From Rhizophagus irregularis (taxonomy: Eukaryota): DNA of 64,000 nucleotides. A program made the position numbers and the translations under genes. This document shows, piece after piece, positions 24,799 through 37,572 of the stretch (positions within the stretch are counted from its first letter, which is position 1; every line of letters begins with the position of its first letter). The stretch lies in NCBI RefSeq assembly GCF_026210795.1, contig NC_089429.1, forward strand, positions 1,054,001 to 1,118,000. Direction: 5' to 3'. Below the pieces are notes generated by a model. It searched no databases and had not been told where the DNA came from. It saw only the letters and a list, made by a program, of their open reading frames with translations.

Positions 24799-25321
24799 TA
24801 GGGATGCCAAAAGTTCGGTTATAACCGATCATAACCGGTTTTTACCGGTTCGGTTATCGGTTCGGTTTCAGTCCAAGACCGACCGGTTAACCGTCAGTTT
24901 TATATATAAAAAAAACCGATCAAAAAACCGATCGGTTAATTGTAAATTTTAATATATTCCGGAAAAAAAAAATGATTTTGTTTATTGAGAATACCATTAA
25001 AAACTATTGTTTTAGTGTTTTTATGTATAATATTCTCATTTTTGAAATTATCGAATTTACGCGTTGATCACGTGATTTTTCGTTTCTCTGAAAAAATCAC
25101 AACATCGGCGTTATTGTTGTAAATAATTACATAAATTCAAAGAATATTATTCAAAAAGTTATAATTGATACTTTATGGCATTATTTTATTCGATTTTGCG
25201 GTATTTTTGTAATCGGTTTTGTAGTTCAGTTTTATCGGTCGGTTTTGCGGTCGGTTCGGTTTTGGTTGAAAACTGCAGTTTTAAAACCGAAACCGAACCG
25301 AACCGACCGTTGGCATCCCTA
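24799..25321. mobile_element. hAT-superfamily MITE (523 bp)
   Basis: TIR TAGGGATGCCAA / TTGGCATCCCTA. Perfect 8-bp TSD ACTATGAT (24791-24798, 25322-25329). Dense subterminal AACCG/CGGTT repeats. Confidence 0.92.
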
Positions 25322-26054
25322 ACTATGATTAAGAAAAAATCTCAAGATAAATTCAAGAAATTGTATCGGGAATTTCTCATGAAGGAATTCTCACGTTTTT
25401 AAAATGGAATTGCGAACGCTGGAGCCATAACTTCTTTTATTTCCAAGATGTTGAATATATAAAGCAATTTTTAACAAATCAAGTAAGTATCTTTTTTATT
25501 TATCATGGCAAAAAAAAATAACCAAATAGCAGCGCAAAGTATAAATAACAAATAAAAGCTTTTTTTCTAAAAAAAAAAAATTAACAATTAAATATTTTAT
25601 AATAAAAACCTAAACCTTTTTTTATTTTTAGACGTGCCGCAGTTGGCAAATGCTGAGTCTTGTCACATGATGTCATTGGCGAAGATGCTTTCACTTGATG
25701 GATTTACATATTCATGTCTACTTACTTGACTATATATGCATAATTACACTATTATCTACATTGGTGTGTGCATATTGATATAAAAAAAAATGAAAGCGTG
25801 TTACTATAGCAACATGCCTGCCCACCTCGAATTGCTTTCATACTATAATAATGTTCTATGCACTCTTCATGCATTGATATGTCCTGTTTTCATTTAGCTT
25901 GTCACTTTGATCATAACTGCATTATATATAATTATCTTATTGTCACTCATTTTGAAAAATGCGCTTATACATGTAAGCTATACAAGCTAAACCTAATATG
26001 TCGTACCATAGGGGACAAAAAAATACTGTACACGTCCGTAAATCACCAATTCCA

Positions 26055-26511
26055 AAACTACCGACAAATTTTTAGCAATCACGTGATTGATTTCACAGAT
26101 CATTCCTAAAATGGATAAGTTAATTTTAACGAAAAAATAAAAAATAAAAATAAAACTTGATAACAAATATCATACATTTTTTAAACTTACAAGAAATGTG
26201 TATTTTTGCCCACTCTACAAGTTTACCTAGGTGATAAAAGTAGGTTTTGAATATGGATTTTGACTTTTTATATGATGATTTGTAAATAATTAATTTTACA
26301 AAACTCTGTATCCAAAACCTACCTTTATCGCCTAAGTAAACTTGCAGAACGAGTAGGCATATTGTGTGAGTTTTAAAATGATATAATGTCTGAGTTAAGT
26401 TTTATTTAAAAAATAAAAAAGAAAAAATTTTTTCGTTAAATTTGCCATTTATGATCATCAAAAATCGATCACGTGACCGCTAAAAAATTTGTCGGTGCCA
26501 CTGGGGTAGTT
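26055..26511. mobile_element. Mutator (MULE)-type foldback MITE
   Basis: 9-bp TSD CCAATTCCA (26046-26054, 26512-26520). Long imperfect inverted arms, e.g. CCGACAAATTTTTAGC..TCACGTGA / TCACGTGA..GCTAAAAAATTTGTCGG and AAGTTTACCTAGGTGATAAA / TTTATCGCCTAAGTAAACTT. Confidence 0.85.
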
Positions 26512-26548
26512 CCAATTCCATGCTATTCCTGCGGGAAATGGGGGCAAT

Positions 26549-28113
26549 TAGGAAACATGTAGTGTATAGAGACCCTTGTGTGTAGTGTATGGTGAAATTT
26601 AGCTATGTACGTATGGTTGCACTGAGTGTACTGTACGTACAGTGGCCTACAAAAAGTCAGTGAGTACCTGTAAAATACAATAATCATTATGCAAATATGC
26701 TCCAATGTAAAGTTTTTTTTTTATTAATTGACCCACCTTTTGTATTATAAGTAAAGTTGATCACCAAGTTGAATTACACCTACTCTGAAAATTACACGAA
26801 CTTCTAATTAAAATTGATTTTTGTATTTAAAATTTATTGGAAAAAATTAGATTTTTAATAGAAATCTTTTAGTATTAATACAACGATAAACTAACTTATT
26901 TGATCATATTTTATTTTTTAAATAAATTATTTTCCATAATTTATAACATTATATGAAGTATCTATCATCAGTATTAACGCAATGATCAGCAAGTTACAAC
27001 ATTTTTACTGGCATTTGCCGATCATTTGTAGATCACTACCAGATTATTTACCGGAATTTAGCAAAACTAGTGCATTAAATTTAGCCAAATTTTTTTTGTA
27101 TGAATGTTGGAAATTTTGACTATTTGTTTCTAACTTTTTTATTATAATCATAATATAAGATCATGATTTATTCTTTATTTAACAATTTACAAATAATTAA
27201 TAGATGCCAAATATCTTTGCCAAACGTGTGTAACTTGCTAATTATTTTGTTAATGTTGATGATACTTCGTGATCATTATGCTGTAAATTATGACAAATAA
27301 TTTTATTAAAAAAAAATTAAGTGTTTTAAAGCAAATATTTTAATGCTAAATTATTACCATAGATTTCCATTAAAATATCTAAATATTTTAATAAATTTCA
27401 AAATATAACAATTAATTTTAATCAGAAATTCATGTAATTTTCAGAGTAAGCATAATTCAACTTGGTAATCAACTTAACTTATAATACAAAAGGTGAGTCA
27501 ATTAATAAAAAAAAAACTTTACATTGGAGTATATTTGTGTAATGATTATTATATTTTACGGGTACTCACTGACTTTTTGTAGGCCACTGTACATACATGG
27601 CAAATAAATAATAATAAATATTAATTAAATCAAAACGTACGTACGTATGAATGAAATAAGAGACCAAACGAACGTAAATACAAATGATAAGGCGCAGCCG
27701 CAGTAACTGTCTACACTAGTACTAGCCCAGCCGCACCGGCAATTTTTGCACAGTCACGTGATCTATTTTTAATTCATCACATCGTCACGCCCGAGCCTTG
27801 TTTCACTGTTTATAATTATCTGAGGGACTTAGTTTTTTTCGAGTGAGTAAAAACTTATTCGTCACGCCTTTATTCGTCACTTTGTTTTCACGTGTTAGTG
27901 CATAACGCCGTAATGCGGCCCTGTTTGCAAAATTTGCCGGTTCACATATGCTGCGCCACTGGATACATTTATATATACATATAACAATTACGTATGGTTA
28001 GTGTACATACGTACAAAAAATATGTTTGTCATGTCGTACAATCACAAAATCAACGTATAGTGCACATCACTATACACTACATACATAGGTGTCTATACAT
28101 AACATCTTTTCTA
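26549..28113. mobile_element. Older inverted-repeat element hosting the Tc1-like insertion
   Basis: ATGTAGTGTATAGAGACCCTTGTGTGTAGTGTATGGTG (26557) is an imperfect inverse of CACTATACACTACATACATAGGTGTCTATACATAACAT (28068-28105). Inner IR ACCGGCAATTTTTGCA (27735) / TGCAAAATTTGCCGGT (27926). No TSD found. Confidence 0.55.
26640..27589. mobile_element. Non-autonomous Tc1/mariner element with long (>200 bp) TIRs
   Basis: TA|CAGTGGCCTACAAAAAGTCAGTGAGTAC ... GTACTCACTGACTTTTTGTAGGCCACTG|TA. Inverted similarity continues inward for over 200 bp. No transposase ORF. Confidence 0.9.
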
Positions 28114-28179
28114 TATAATCTCTAATGGCCGAATTAAAACTTCGTCAAGACGTTACTCCCCTCGACAGGGTATATGAGG

Positions 28180-28700
28180 CAACGAAGACCATTTATTTTT
28201 ACTGTTACATAGCTGCCGGGTTTTGTTTGACAAAGATAATTTCAAACTAAACTTGTCGAGAGTCGAAATGGGCAAGGAGACCTTAATTATGCAGTAGAAT
28301 GTCGTTCGACTGATAAGATCCTTGGCGTAATCGAAGTTAAGAAAGAAGATTTTATGAAGGGGCTCGCCCAGGTGTCCGTGCAGATAGAGTCAACTTGACA
28401 CGTAAACGCAAAGCCGATGAAATCAATAATGGCCAGAATGTGGATAGGGTGTTTGGAATTGTCACCGATACTTTATGGAATGTTCGCTAGATAACGAGGG
28501 GAAGCCATCGTTTAAACTATCGGAACAAGTGACCGTTGTGTACAATGACGAAAATTTGCAAGATAAGGTGGAAAAAGTTATTACATTAATTCCTATTTAA
28601 ATTTTAGAGTCCTCGGATATATCGTATGGTTGTTAGAGGAGACACAGAAATTAAGAGGGCGAGGTCAACAAGCAATCAAACTTGCTGGAAAGTCAGTTAG
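28180..28700 (+). pseudogene. Crinkler(CRN)-like / PD-(D/E)xK C-terminal gene fragment
   Basis: Manual translation: GQGDLNYAVECRSTDKILGVIEVKKEDFMKGLAQVSVQ.., RKRKADEI..VFGIVTD.., FMECSLDNEGKPSFKLSE.., LGYIVWLLEE. Frameshifted and lacks an N-terminus. Confidence 0.65.
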
Positions 28701-29273
28701 TTTAGATAAGTCTTAGCATAAAAAGTTCTTTATGTCCTGAACCTTTCGCATGTATTACGGTCAACGTCCCGATATGTATTTATTTTTTATCTCTGTATTA
28801 AAAAAGCAAGTCTTTGCATTCGCAAAATAATATTGAGTATTTCTCTCATGAATAAAAAGTACTACTAATTATGTTGATTTAATGAGGCCAATCGGCCAGC
28901 CATTAACCCGGTGAGATAAACACGTGATTTTTAATTCATGAGTCAACTTATTTGCAATGACTCGTGTTTGAAAAAATAATTCCGTAATACACGTGAAAAC
29001 GTGAAAACGCTCAATTATAATAAGCACTTCCGAAATGTGTGACAGGTTATGTATATTATTATTATATATTTAATTGATAAGATACTAATATATACACGAT
29101 TACTCATTACATGCAAATTTATATTCAAATAATATTTACGCGTCCTGGTCATGTGAGTTCGATTCATTACAAATCAGAATAATTGTACGAGTTCGTGTTA
29201 CATCAAAATCTATTAAAAACCACAAAATGACATCACATCACTACTCAAACTTTTAAACTTAAGAAATCTAAAT

Positions 29274-30076
29274 ATGTCAGAGTCTCAATTTCCACGGTCT
29301 CTTTTTCCTCAATTTACGGAAAAAGATTTTAAAAAAGCAAGTGAGAATTTTAAGAGTTACGTGAACTGGACGGAATACAATAAGTGGGTTGAAGCCGGAA
29401 GTCCGTATGAAGAGCACGACGAAATACTTATGAATCTGAATCTCGAACATAATGAATCTTCTCAAACAAGATCAACTGGTAAGTCTATTCTACTATTTCA
29501 TTTTCATGTATATGTTTGGTCATATAGTCAAACTTATAAAATTCTTTTTTAAGGAACCCGACGATATGTTAACGGAAGAAGAGAATACAGAAATGGAATT
29601 TACCCTAACGGAAATTCCAGGAAGACAAATCATAAAGCCGGGAAAACAAGCAATGCAACTCCTTCCAATGAAGGAGCCAAAACCGCCGCTTGTAAGAAAA
29701 GTGAACATTGTAATCAAGGCTCTGGACCAAACAACGTTCCCAACACTAACAGGGTACACAAATCAAATGCTCCTAGATCTACAAAAGGATAATATTCTTA
29801 ATACAGTGATCGGCCGGGATGTTATTGGAGTAGTTAGGGAGTTTAAATTTAATAAAACAAGTGATCGAATGGAGTTAATTGGATCGAATACTGACGCATT
29901 TGACATCGTACCTAAGGAACTATACATGTACACTATGATCTTGCCACGTAATCATTATTTGATGTTAAGACATATAGAAGGAAGATGGTTTAGGGCCTTA
30001 GCTTATTTTTCTAATCATGATTCCCTATGCACATTTTCTTAACGTATTCTTTACTAATATTTCTAACAAACTATAA
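29274..30076 (+). pseudogene. Two-exon hypothetical gene, probably damaged
   Basis: ORF 29274 has a GTAAGT donor at 29479 and continues in ORF 29452..30042. The visible AG acceptor at 29553 is out of phase and the C-terminus appears frameshifted. Confidence 0.45.
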
Positions 30077-30399
30077 AGAATTATAATATTTTTTATTTAT
30101 CATAGCGCAGTATATATAATTTTTTTATACAAATAATAAACTAAAGACTCGTTTTTACTTTGCTATATATTTTATCGTGACGTATACACATATTTAGTTT
30201 ATTTTTTATTTCCACGAATTCATTGAATTACACGAATTCCTATCATTCTGTTTTTTTTCCTTATTTACTTTGTGAACGTAATAAAATCTAATAAAATTGA
30301 TAAACTCATATTTTTTATCATTACCGAATTTATAGAATTCCTTGATTCTAAGAATACATATAGTTCTCTGAATTCTAAGATTTTTTTCTCATGTGTATA

Positions 30400-31100
30400 G
30401 TATAGGATATCTGTTGTTGAGTACTATTCGGATAAATAAGTAACTCGTTATTTCCATCTTTCCACACATACTACGCAATACAACTTAACCAGCTTCCACG
30501 TTCTATTAAAAATGATTTGTGGCGACGTCTCACAACTCGGAAATATCCGAGAAGAGGCGAGTAGTATTCATCCTGGAGTGGAAGAACTGTTGAATCAGGA
30601 GGTAGCTAATTACGCAAAGAAAAAGGATTGTCAGCGACTGAAAACAACAGCAAATAAGATCCCAGGTGGGATTGATACTTTTAACAGGTTAGTTTTTTTC
30701 GAACAGTCTCTTTCTGAAATCTGAACGAGCGAAGAAATTGTAACAAGCAAAATTAGAAATTCAGAAAACAATAACCAATCAAGTTAAAATGGAAAACGAT
30801 GCTTATCTTAGTGCTGAATCTCAACATTTGCAAGATGAACATGAAAAATTTGTATATGACATACGTTCATTAAAGAAAAAATTGGAGGATCGATATAATA
30901 CAAAATGCAACGCATTGCATCTTATGAAGCCGCCATGAGCAAATCCATAGAAGAAGTAAGAAAAACTCTTACATTTGCGGAAAAGTCTATTGCTATATTA
31001 GAAAGCAACAATCGGAGATATTATCTCCGCAAATTATTACTCTCTTCGATTTATTTATTACTTTCGTTTCTAATCAAGCAAATGATAGTACTATAGAACC
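30400..31100 (+). pseudogene. Fragmented intronless coiled-coil hypothetical gene
   Basis: Consecutive protein-like ORF pieces (30512..30724, MENDAYLSAESQHLQDEHEKF.., 30905..31096) are broken by stops and frameshifts. Confidence 0.45.
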
Positions 31101-31280
31101 GAAAAAATATAGCACTGTGAGATAGATGGAACAATTTGCGAAGTGATATTGAGACTGACCCAACCCAGAGATTCGAAAAAAATATACTTTCCGAAGAAAA
31201 ATGGAAGATAATCGTTCCTACAATAATGAATTAGAAAATTACATGAAGCCGCTATTAAAGCAACTTGCCGACCATAGAGA

Positions 31281-31735
31281 TTATTTTTCATTGTCTGAAG
31301 GGTGCTTTCTGGAGGTACTTAGTTTAACTAATTTATTGTTGCGAGGCATTTTCTGGCCTTGACCCTTCGAAGAAATAGCTCTGCTCTGCTGAAATAAGTC
31401 TCGCGTTTCTTTAGCAATAATTAGACCATATTCAAGAGCTAGTTTAAGTTCTTTCACACGCAAGCTCTGCTCAAAACATTCTAAGCATTTTTTTTTTTAA
31501 GTTTTGTTCACGAAGTGACTTTATTCTCCCTAGTAATCGCTTCTCTTTGGACTTTGTGAATCGAAAGAAGGATAGTTATGATCTTGCTATTATAATTTAC
31601 TGTGAACTCGCCCTTCAATATAGGTTCCCATCCAGTCTGATGTTGCCAAGGTACGCCCAATATTAATATTGATTTGCCTTTTCCGTTCCTATTCTTTTCT
31701 GTTTCAACAACCAGAAAATCATCTCTAATTGTTAT
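31281..31735 (-). pseudogene. Gene fragment with a retropepsin-like C-terminal motif
   Basis: ITIRDDFLVVETEK..KSILILGVPWQHQTGW..KGEFTVNYNSKIITI resembles the 'FxV...LILGxPW' end of retroviral-type aspartic proteases. The catalytic DTG part is absent. Confidence 0.4.
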
Positions 31736-31939
31736 AAATATTTATGATATGATGCAACGTACAACCATTCAAGTTGCTTTCGCTTATAAATTTGGTGTAT
31801 GTTATTAATGTCCTAATTTAAAAGGATAACATATTTATACATATTTATTTAAACGTCGCTATCTATCGCCTCGCTAAATATCCTGTGGGTTTAATTTTAA
31901 AAAAATATTTCATCTATTCGTCTAACAATTCCAAACGAT

Positions 31940-32262
31940 TACGTCGTATATTATTCCTCCAAAATCTTATAATTGTCATTGTTTGACACGTTCAGCATGA
32001 TCCTAAAATTTGGAAAATTTTAAATCAATTTGTCCCTGAAAGATTTTTAAACGGTGAAAAGAGACACTCGGATTCCTTTCAGTGGCGATCCAAGAAATTG
32101 GCATGTAATCAAATCGTATTTCTTACTAAAAATGTAAAATCGTATAAGATTCTAAATGAACTTTACATATTATATAGTGCCGGTCAAAACTTCTCATATA
32201 TATAATGCCGGTCAAAATTCTTCTTTAATGGAACAAAGGGTTCTTTTATCCATGATACGTAA
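31940..32262 (+). pseudogene. Cytochrome P450 3' fragment
   Basis: HVQHDPKIWKILNQFVPERFLNGEKRH..IPFSGDPRN, an intron, then (C)AGQNFSLMEQRVLLSMI. A ~28-bp tandem duplication spans the acceptor. Paralogous to the P450 at 21-23 kb. Confidence 0.75.
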
Positions 32263-32398
32263 GTAAGTTTTTAAAGATCCATTTTTTTTTATTTTTTAAA
32301 AATATTTATATCATTTTATTTTTATATTTCATTAATTATTCATATAATAGTAGTTAAAACGTTTGCCGTGCCGTAGTTATAAATATTTATATCAAAAA

Positions 32399-33643
32399 CT
32401 AGGAGTAACCCGTCGCGCTGCGCCGGGAATAAAACTTGCCCATCAAGTCAAAAAAAGTAAAAATGATATGGCTATATTTTAGAAATAGGCTTAATATTTT
32501 AATAATATTAATTACAGTATGATAAGGTTAGAAGAAAATCTAATAAATTTATATAATTTACATATTTATACTAATAAAGGTGAATTGTGTATGAATGTTA
32601 TATAACTGGAAATTGACATTGATTCAAAGTAAAGTCTCGTCACTTTCACCTCATATTACTTCTCATTATTCGTCTCCCATTATTTTCTATTACATCTTTT
32701 CATTTTCCATTATTTCTTTTTCTCTCCTGTTTACTTCCCATCATTTCCTTTTGTCTCTCATCGCTTCCTTTTGTCTCTCATCACTTCTTTTCGTTTCCCA
32801 TAACTCCTTTTTGTCTTCCATCACTCCTTTTCGTCTCTCATCACTCCTTTTCGTCTCCCATCACTCCTCTTCTCTCCCATCACTCCTTTTCATCTTCCAT
32901 CACTCCTTTTTGTCTCCTATCACTCCTCTTCATCTCCCAACTCCTCTTCGTCTCCCATCACTCCTCTTCATCACCCATCACTTCTCTTCATCTTCCCATC
33001 ACTTCTTTTCGTCTCCCATCACTCTTTTTCATCATCCATCATGCCCTATTTTTCCTTTTTATTTTCTATCACTTCTCATTACTCTCTTTTACTCCATTTC
33101 TTCTTCTATTACTTTCCATTACTCCATTGTTATTTCATTTTTTTTTATTAGCATCTTTCTCCTTGATCATTGTAATTTACTTATCTTTTTATTTATTGTT
33201 ATTGTTTTTTTATTTGTATCACTTAATTAAAAATAAATACAGTGATTTTTTTCTTTAAAATCAAAAATGTAGGACTTAAGTTTTAATATTTGCAAATAAA
33301 ATTTCATTATATAAGATTATTTTGAATAAATATGTTTGCAAAAAAATTTTTTAAAAATATCTTCGCAATAAAATTTTGACCGATCAAAATTAGCTGTTTG
33401 TTTTAGTACCTTATATATGGGGAGTAACGTAAATAGACCTAAAATAGTAATTTTACGATTATTTTTAATTTGCAACAAATAAATTCATATGTTTGCCGAT
33501 CAAATAAATAGCCTTAACTTTTAAGTTTAAATCAGGCACTGAATCATGTGAAACACAAATAACACAATTCAAAGATTATTTATACAGGCTAATCTAAACG
33601 TTAGAAGTATTTTTTTATTATATTATAAGAATATAGATATAGA
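32399..33643 (-). mobile_element. Non-autonomous Helitron (~1.25 kb) with an internal minisatellite
   Basis: Minus-strand start TCTATATCTATATTC (33643, possibly 33658). 3' hairpin CCCGGCGCAGCGCGACGGG then CTAG|T at 32402-32398. Confidence 0.7.
32720..33130. repeat. Degenerate ~20-bp minisatellite (CATCACTCCTTTTCGTCTCC)
   Basis: More than 12 imperfect copies. Explains the spurious low-complexity ORF 32595..33230. Confidence 0.85.
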
Positions 33644-34475
33644 TTATATAGATATAGATGTAGATTTTAATAGATTTTACGTTAATTATTCATAATATAA
33701 ATAAGTTTAATCTAACTTTATTTTAATAGTAAATCAATAGCCATCTATTATTAAGAAGTCGTGAAAAATCTTAATAAACGAACGTTGCTTATTACAGTAA
33801 TATGCTGCGCCACAACTACAACTTCGTTCAACTTTCAATTTATTTGATCCTTTAGTATTCTTTGTTGTATCCCTCCTTAGAATTCTATAGTTTGAAACAT
33901 GCCGCTATATCATAATTGCAAGAAATTATTTGGTTTATGTTTTATTACTTTTGGAATAAATTTAATAATATTATTTATTTATCTAAGCAATTTATATAAA
34001 TATTTTAAAATTTTATTTTATTAGAAATAAATTTATTATTTTTTTTTTATTCACAATATTTTGAGCACAAAAAATTTATTGAGTTACTATATTTTAGAAA
34101 CATTTACGTCATTAGCCAAAAAAAGTTTAATACTATATTTATTTTTTCTGGAAACAATAAAAAGAGAAAACAAATTAATTATCAATAAAACGTTTATTTT
34201 ATATAAAAAAAAGATGTTAAAATAAAAATTTTAATTTTCTGGTTTCATTATAATTTTTTTACCAACAGTTGAAATTTCCTAATTACTTTAAAGGTTAAAT
34301 AATTGAATTATACTTCCATTTATTTAATGATTAAATAACTTCTTAGTTGAATCATAATAATTCAATCGTAAATGAATATCACTATCAATAACAGAATGCA
34401 TTAAAAGATAATAAATAATTTCTAGATTAAAAAATCTTATAATAAATAATTTTCACTTGTAGTTGCTTTTTGTGT

Positions 34476-34603
34476 AACAATATTTTTTATTTTTGTGATC
34501 ATCGGCTGATTTAAAATCATGCAACATATAAAGGCGTAACAATATTTTTATTTTTGTGATCATCAGCTGATTTAAAATTTGGCATGCAACATATAAAGGC
34601 GTA
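34476..34603. repeat. ~62-bp tandem duplication immediately upstream of the kinase start
   Basis: TAACAATATTTTT(T)ATTTTTGTGATCATC(G/A)GCTGATTTAAAAT..CATGCAACATATAAAGGCG occurs twice. Confidence 0.85.
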
Positions 34604-34663
34604 AAAATTTTTTTTTTAAAAAAAACTATTCCCCTTCTACGTAAAATTGACCAGTAATCTAAT

Positions 34664-36306
34664 ATGGAAGAATTTAAGCTCAGTGATGATGTAATTGAAC
34701 AAATAAAAGATTTTGATTATTGGGATTTAACAAATGAACAAAAATTGTTAGTTGATAAGTTAATATTAAATGAAGAATTAAAAAAACGTTTTAAAGGTTA
34801 TGGTTTGTGCAAAGAATGTAAACAGCCTAATACTGGTGGTGATTGGTGTAAGTCATGTAACGTTACGCATTTTCAACAAAATTTCCAAAATTGGTCTAGT
34901 AAAAATAATGAAGTCGATAAGTTTATTCAAAAAAAACAACTCAAAGCTAAACGTTATGAAGAAATTTTAGAGTGGATTGAATATGATAGATTTGAAAATG
35001 TTGAATATTTGGCTGAAGGAGGATTTGGAACTATTCATAAAGCAATTTGGAAAGATGGATATATAGTAAAATGGAATTCTGAAAATAATCAATGGAAGAG
35101 AGAAGAAAATTGGTTACAACATAAAAATTTTCCAGTTGTTTTAAAATGTTTACATAATTCTGTTACATCCAAATTTTTAAGAGAAGTAGGTTATTTATTT
35201 GTATATAATTTTCAAACTACTGTACCAATATAAATGTTAAACTTACTATTATTATTATTATTATGGATTCTTTTTTAGATTGAATCTCATACTATGGTTA
35301 TTTCAAGTTGGGTAACTCGGTGTTTTGGCATTACTAAAGGTCCAGATTCTAATAAATTCATGATGGTAATAGAATATGCAAAAGAAGGTAGTTTAAGACA
35401 ATATTTAAATAATATATTTAATTTGATAAATTGGGAAGAAAAGTTGGAAATTTTACAAAAGATTGCAGGTGGCCTCGATTCTATTCATGAAAAAGGATTA
35501 ATTCATCGTGATTTTCATAGTGGTAATATGTTAAAAGGTGATGGATATACTATTATTACTGATTTAGGATTATGCCAACCAGCAAATGTAAAACCTGAAT
35601 ATGAAAAACAAGTACTATATGGAGTATTACCTTATGTTGCGCCTGAGGTTTTAAGAGGAAAAGAGTATACTCAAGAAAGTGATATCTATGCATTTGGAAT
35701 TATTGCATATGAAGTCTGTACAGGGCTTCCTCCTTTTTATGATTTTGCTCATGATAAATTCTTAGCTATTAGCATTTGTGAAGGGCATAGGCCAAAAGCT
35801 AATTATAAAATTCCTCAACTAATTTTGGACATAATTAAACAATGTTGGGATGCTGATCCTTTGAAACGACCTAAAGCATGTGAATTATATAAATCATTAT
35901 ATAAATTATATTATTCAAGTGATCAAGAAATCCATGAGCAAATTAAAGAAGCAGAAAGAATTAATGAAAAGTTTACTTCTACTTCATTACCATATAATGG
36001 TACTACTCTTTCATATACTACAAATCCTCAAGCAATTTACACAAGTAGACTTTTAAGCTTTGAAAATTTACCAGAACCTAAAAATGACTATTCAGGTAAT
36101 TAATGTCTTAGTTTATATTAGAAAAAGTATTGTTGAAATACTTGTAATTAACAATTATTTTTTGTTTTCTAGTATCCATAGAACCAATAGATTTCACTAA
36201 ACTCAATCTAGGTACTAATTTACATTAACTTGCTTCCTGCATGATTAACTTTACTAATAATATTAACAATTTACTTTAATTCATTCTTATAGATAAAGAC
36301 AACTAA
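34664..36306 (+). CDS. Tyrosine-kinase-like (TKL) protein kinase, 4 exons
   Basis: Exons 34664-35185, 35279-36095, 36173-36211 and 36293-36306 join in frame via GT-AG introns. N-terminal CxxC..CxxC module, then AEGGFG, VVLK, HRDFHSGN, DLG and APE motifs. Confidence 0.9.
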
Positions 36307-37572
36307 GGAAGAAGATTTACAAATATTCAGAATATAAATTTCTTTATTTGTGTCTATTATTTTATTATTTATTTCTTTATGATTTTTACAGCGTGTGTAT
36401 TTTATTGGAATATATTTATTATTATTAAATTTTATAAATAAAGTTTTTTATAATTAAACCAAAAATAAATATGATGAATTACTATATGCATTGTATATTA
36501 TAAAATTATGAAGAAGTAATAAATTACATTATTTATATTTTTTCTTGACTTTATAGTCACATTTTCAAATTTAACATTATATAGTTTAACCCTTTTAATA
36601 TTCCTTGTGTATTCCTCTTTAGAATTCTTGAATTTGAACGGGATATTTATGATTAGTATTGCTCGATTGTTGCGTTGTCAACATTGTCAACATGTCATTT
36701 TTTTCAATTTAATTTATGTTTTTACTACACTTTAGAAAGAAATAAGCATATTTAATCATTCATGTACCTTTATGTTTTTACAATTATGTTTTTTGCTTTT
36801 CTCAGGAAATATTTTAACCCTTCCTTTGTATTACTATATATTCGCATCCTATGTATGTAGTATGAATGAATATTCTTATTAATTTATTTTATAGTTAAAA
36901 AACTAAAATAATCTATTAAAATACTTTATCAGATATTTAGATAACCTCATAATGTAATTTTATTTTACAAAATTATATACAGTGTAATGCCGTAACTTAC
37001 CTAATAAATTTATTAATTGTAAGGCGCAGTATTATATTTAATATTAGTATAGTAGTTTAAAATTGTATTTTAATTGGTCCGCAATGACATTAAACTATGA
37101 TGAACCATAATTAGGAAGGATTAACGTCCGAGATGACGTTTAACTAATGAATTATTGAGTCAGGTGATTAGAACATCAGGTGATTAGTTTGTAGATCATG
37201 ACATTAAATATAAGGATAATTTTAAATGGTTACTAGAACGGATTTACATTAAAGAAAGGAGTTACAAATAAGTAATGATGAACATTGTTTGTTTAAAGTG
37301 AAGCAACGCTTTTTAGCAATTTATTCAGTAAATATTAAGATTTGAGGCAACGCTCAGTATAAAAAGGTGTAGGATTAACAGGGTACAATATAAATATAAA
37401 TAGATGGCGATTTTGACTTTAAAATGAGGTTAGAATAATTTTTAAATTTTAGGATAAATATTTAACCGTTATTTAATATTATTAAACCAAGCATATTATT
37501 GTATTTATTTATATTATTAATAAAGTATTATTTTGTCAATATCTATGGTGGCAACGTGACTTATCACGCCCG

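Noticed and set aside
32595..33230. 211-aa ORF rich in S/L/F/H
   Set aside because: It is a translation of the pyrimidine-rich ~20-bp minisatellite inside a Helitron, with no protein-like features.
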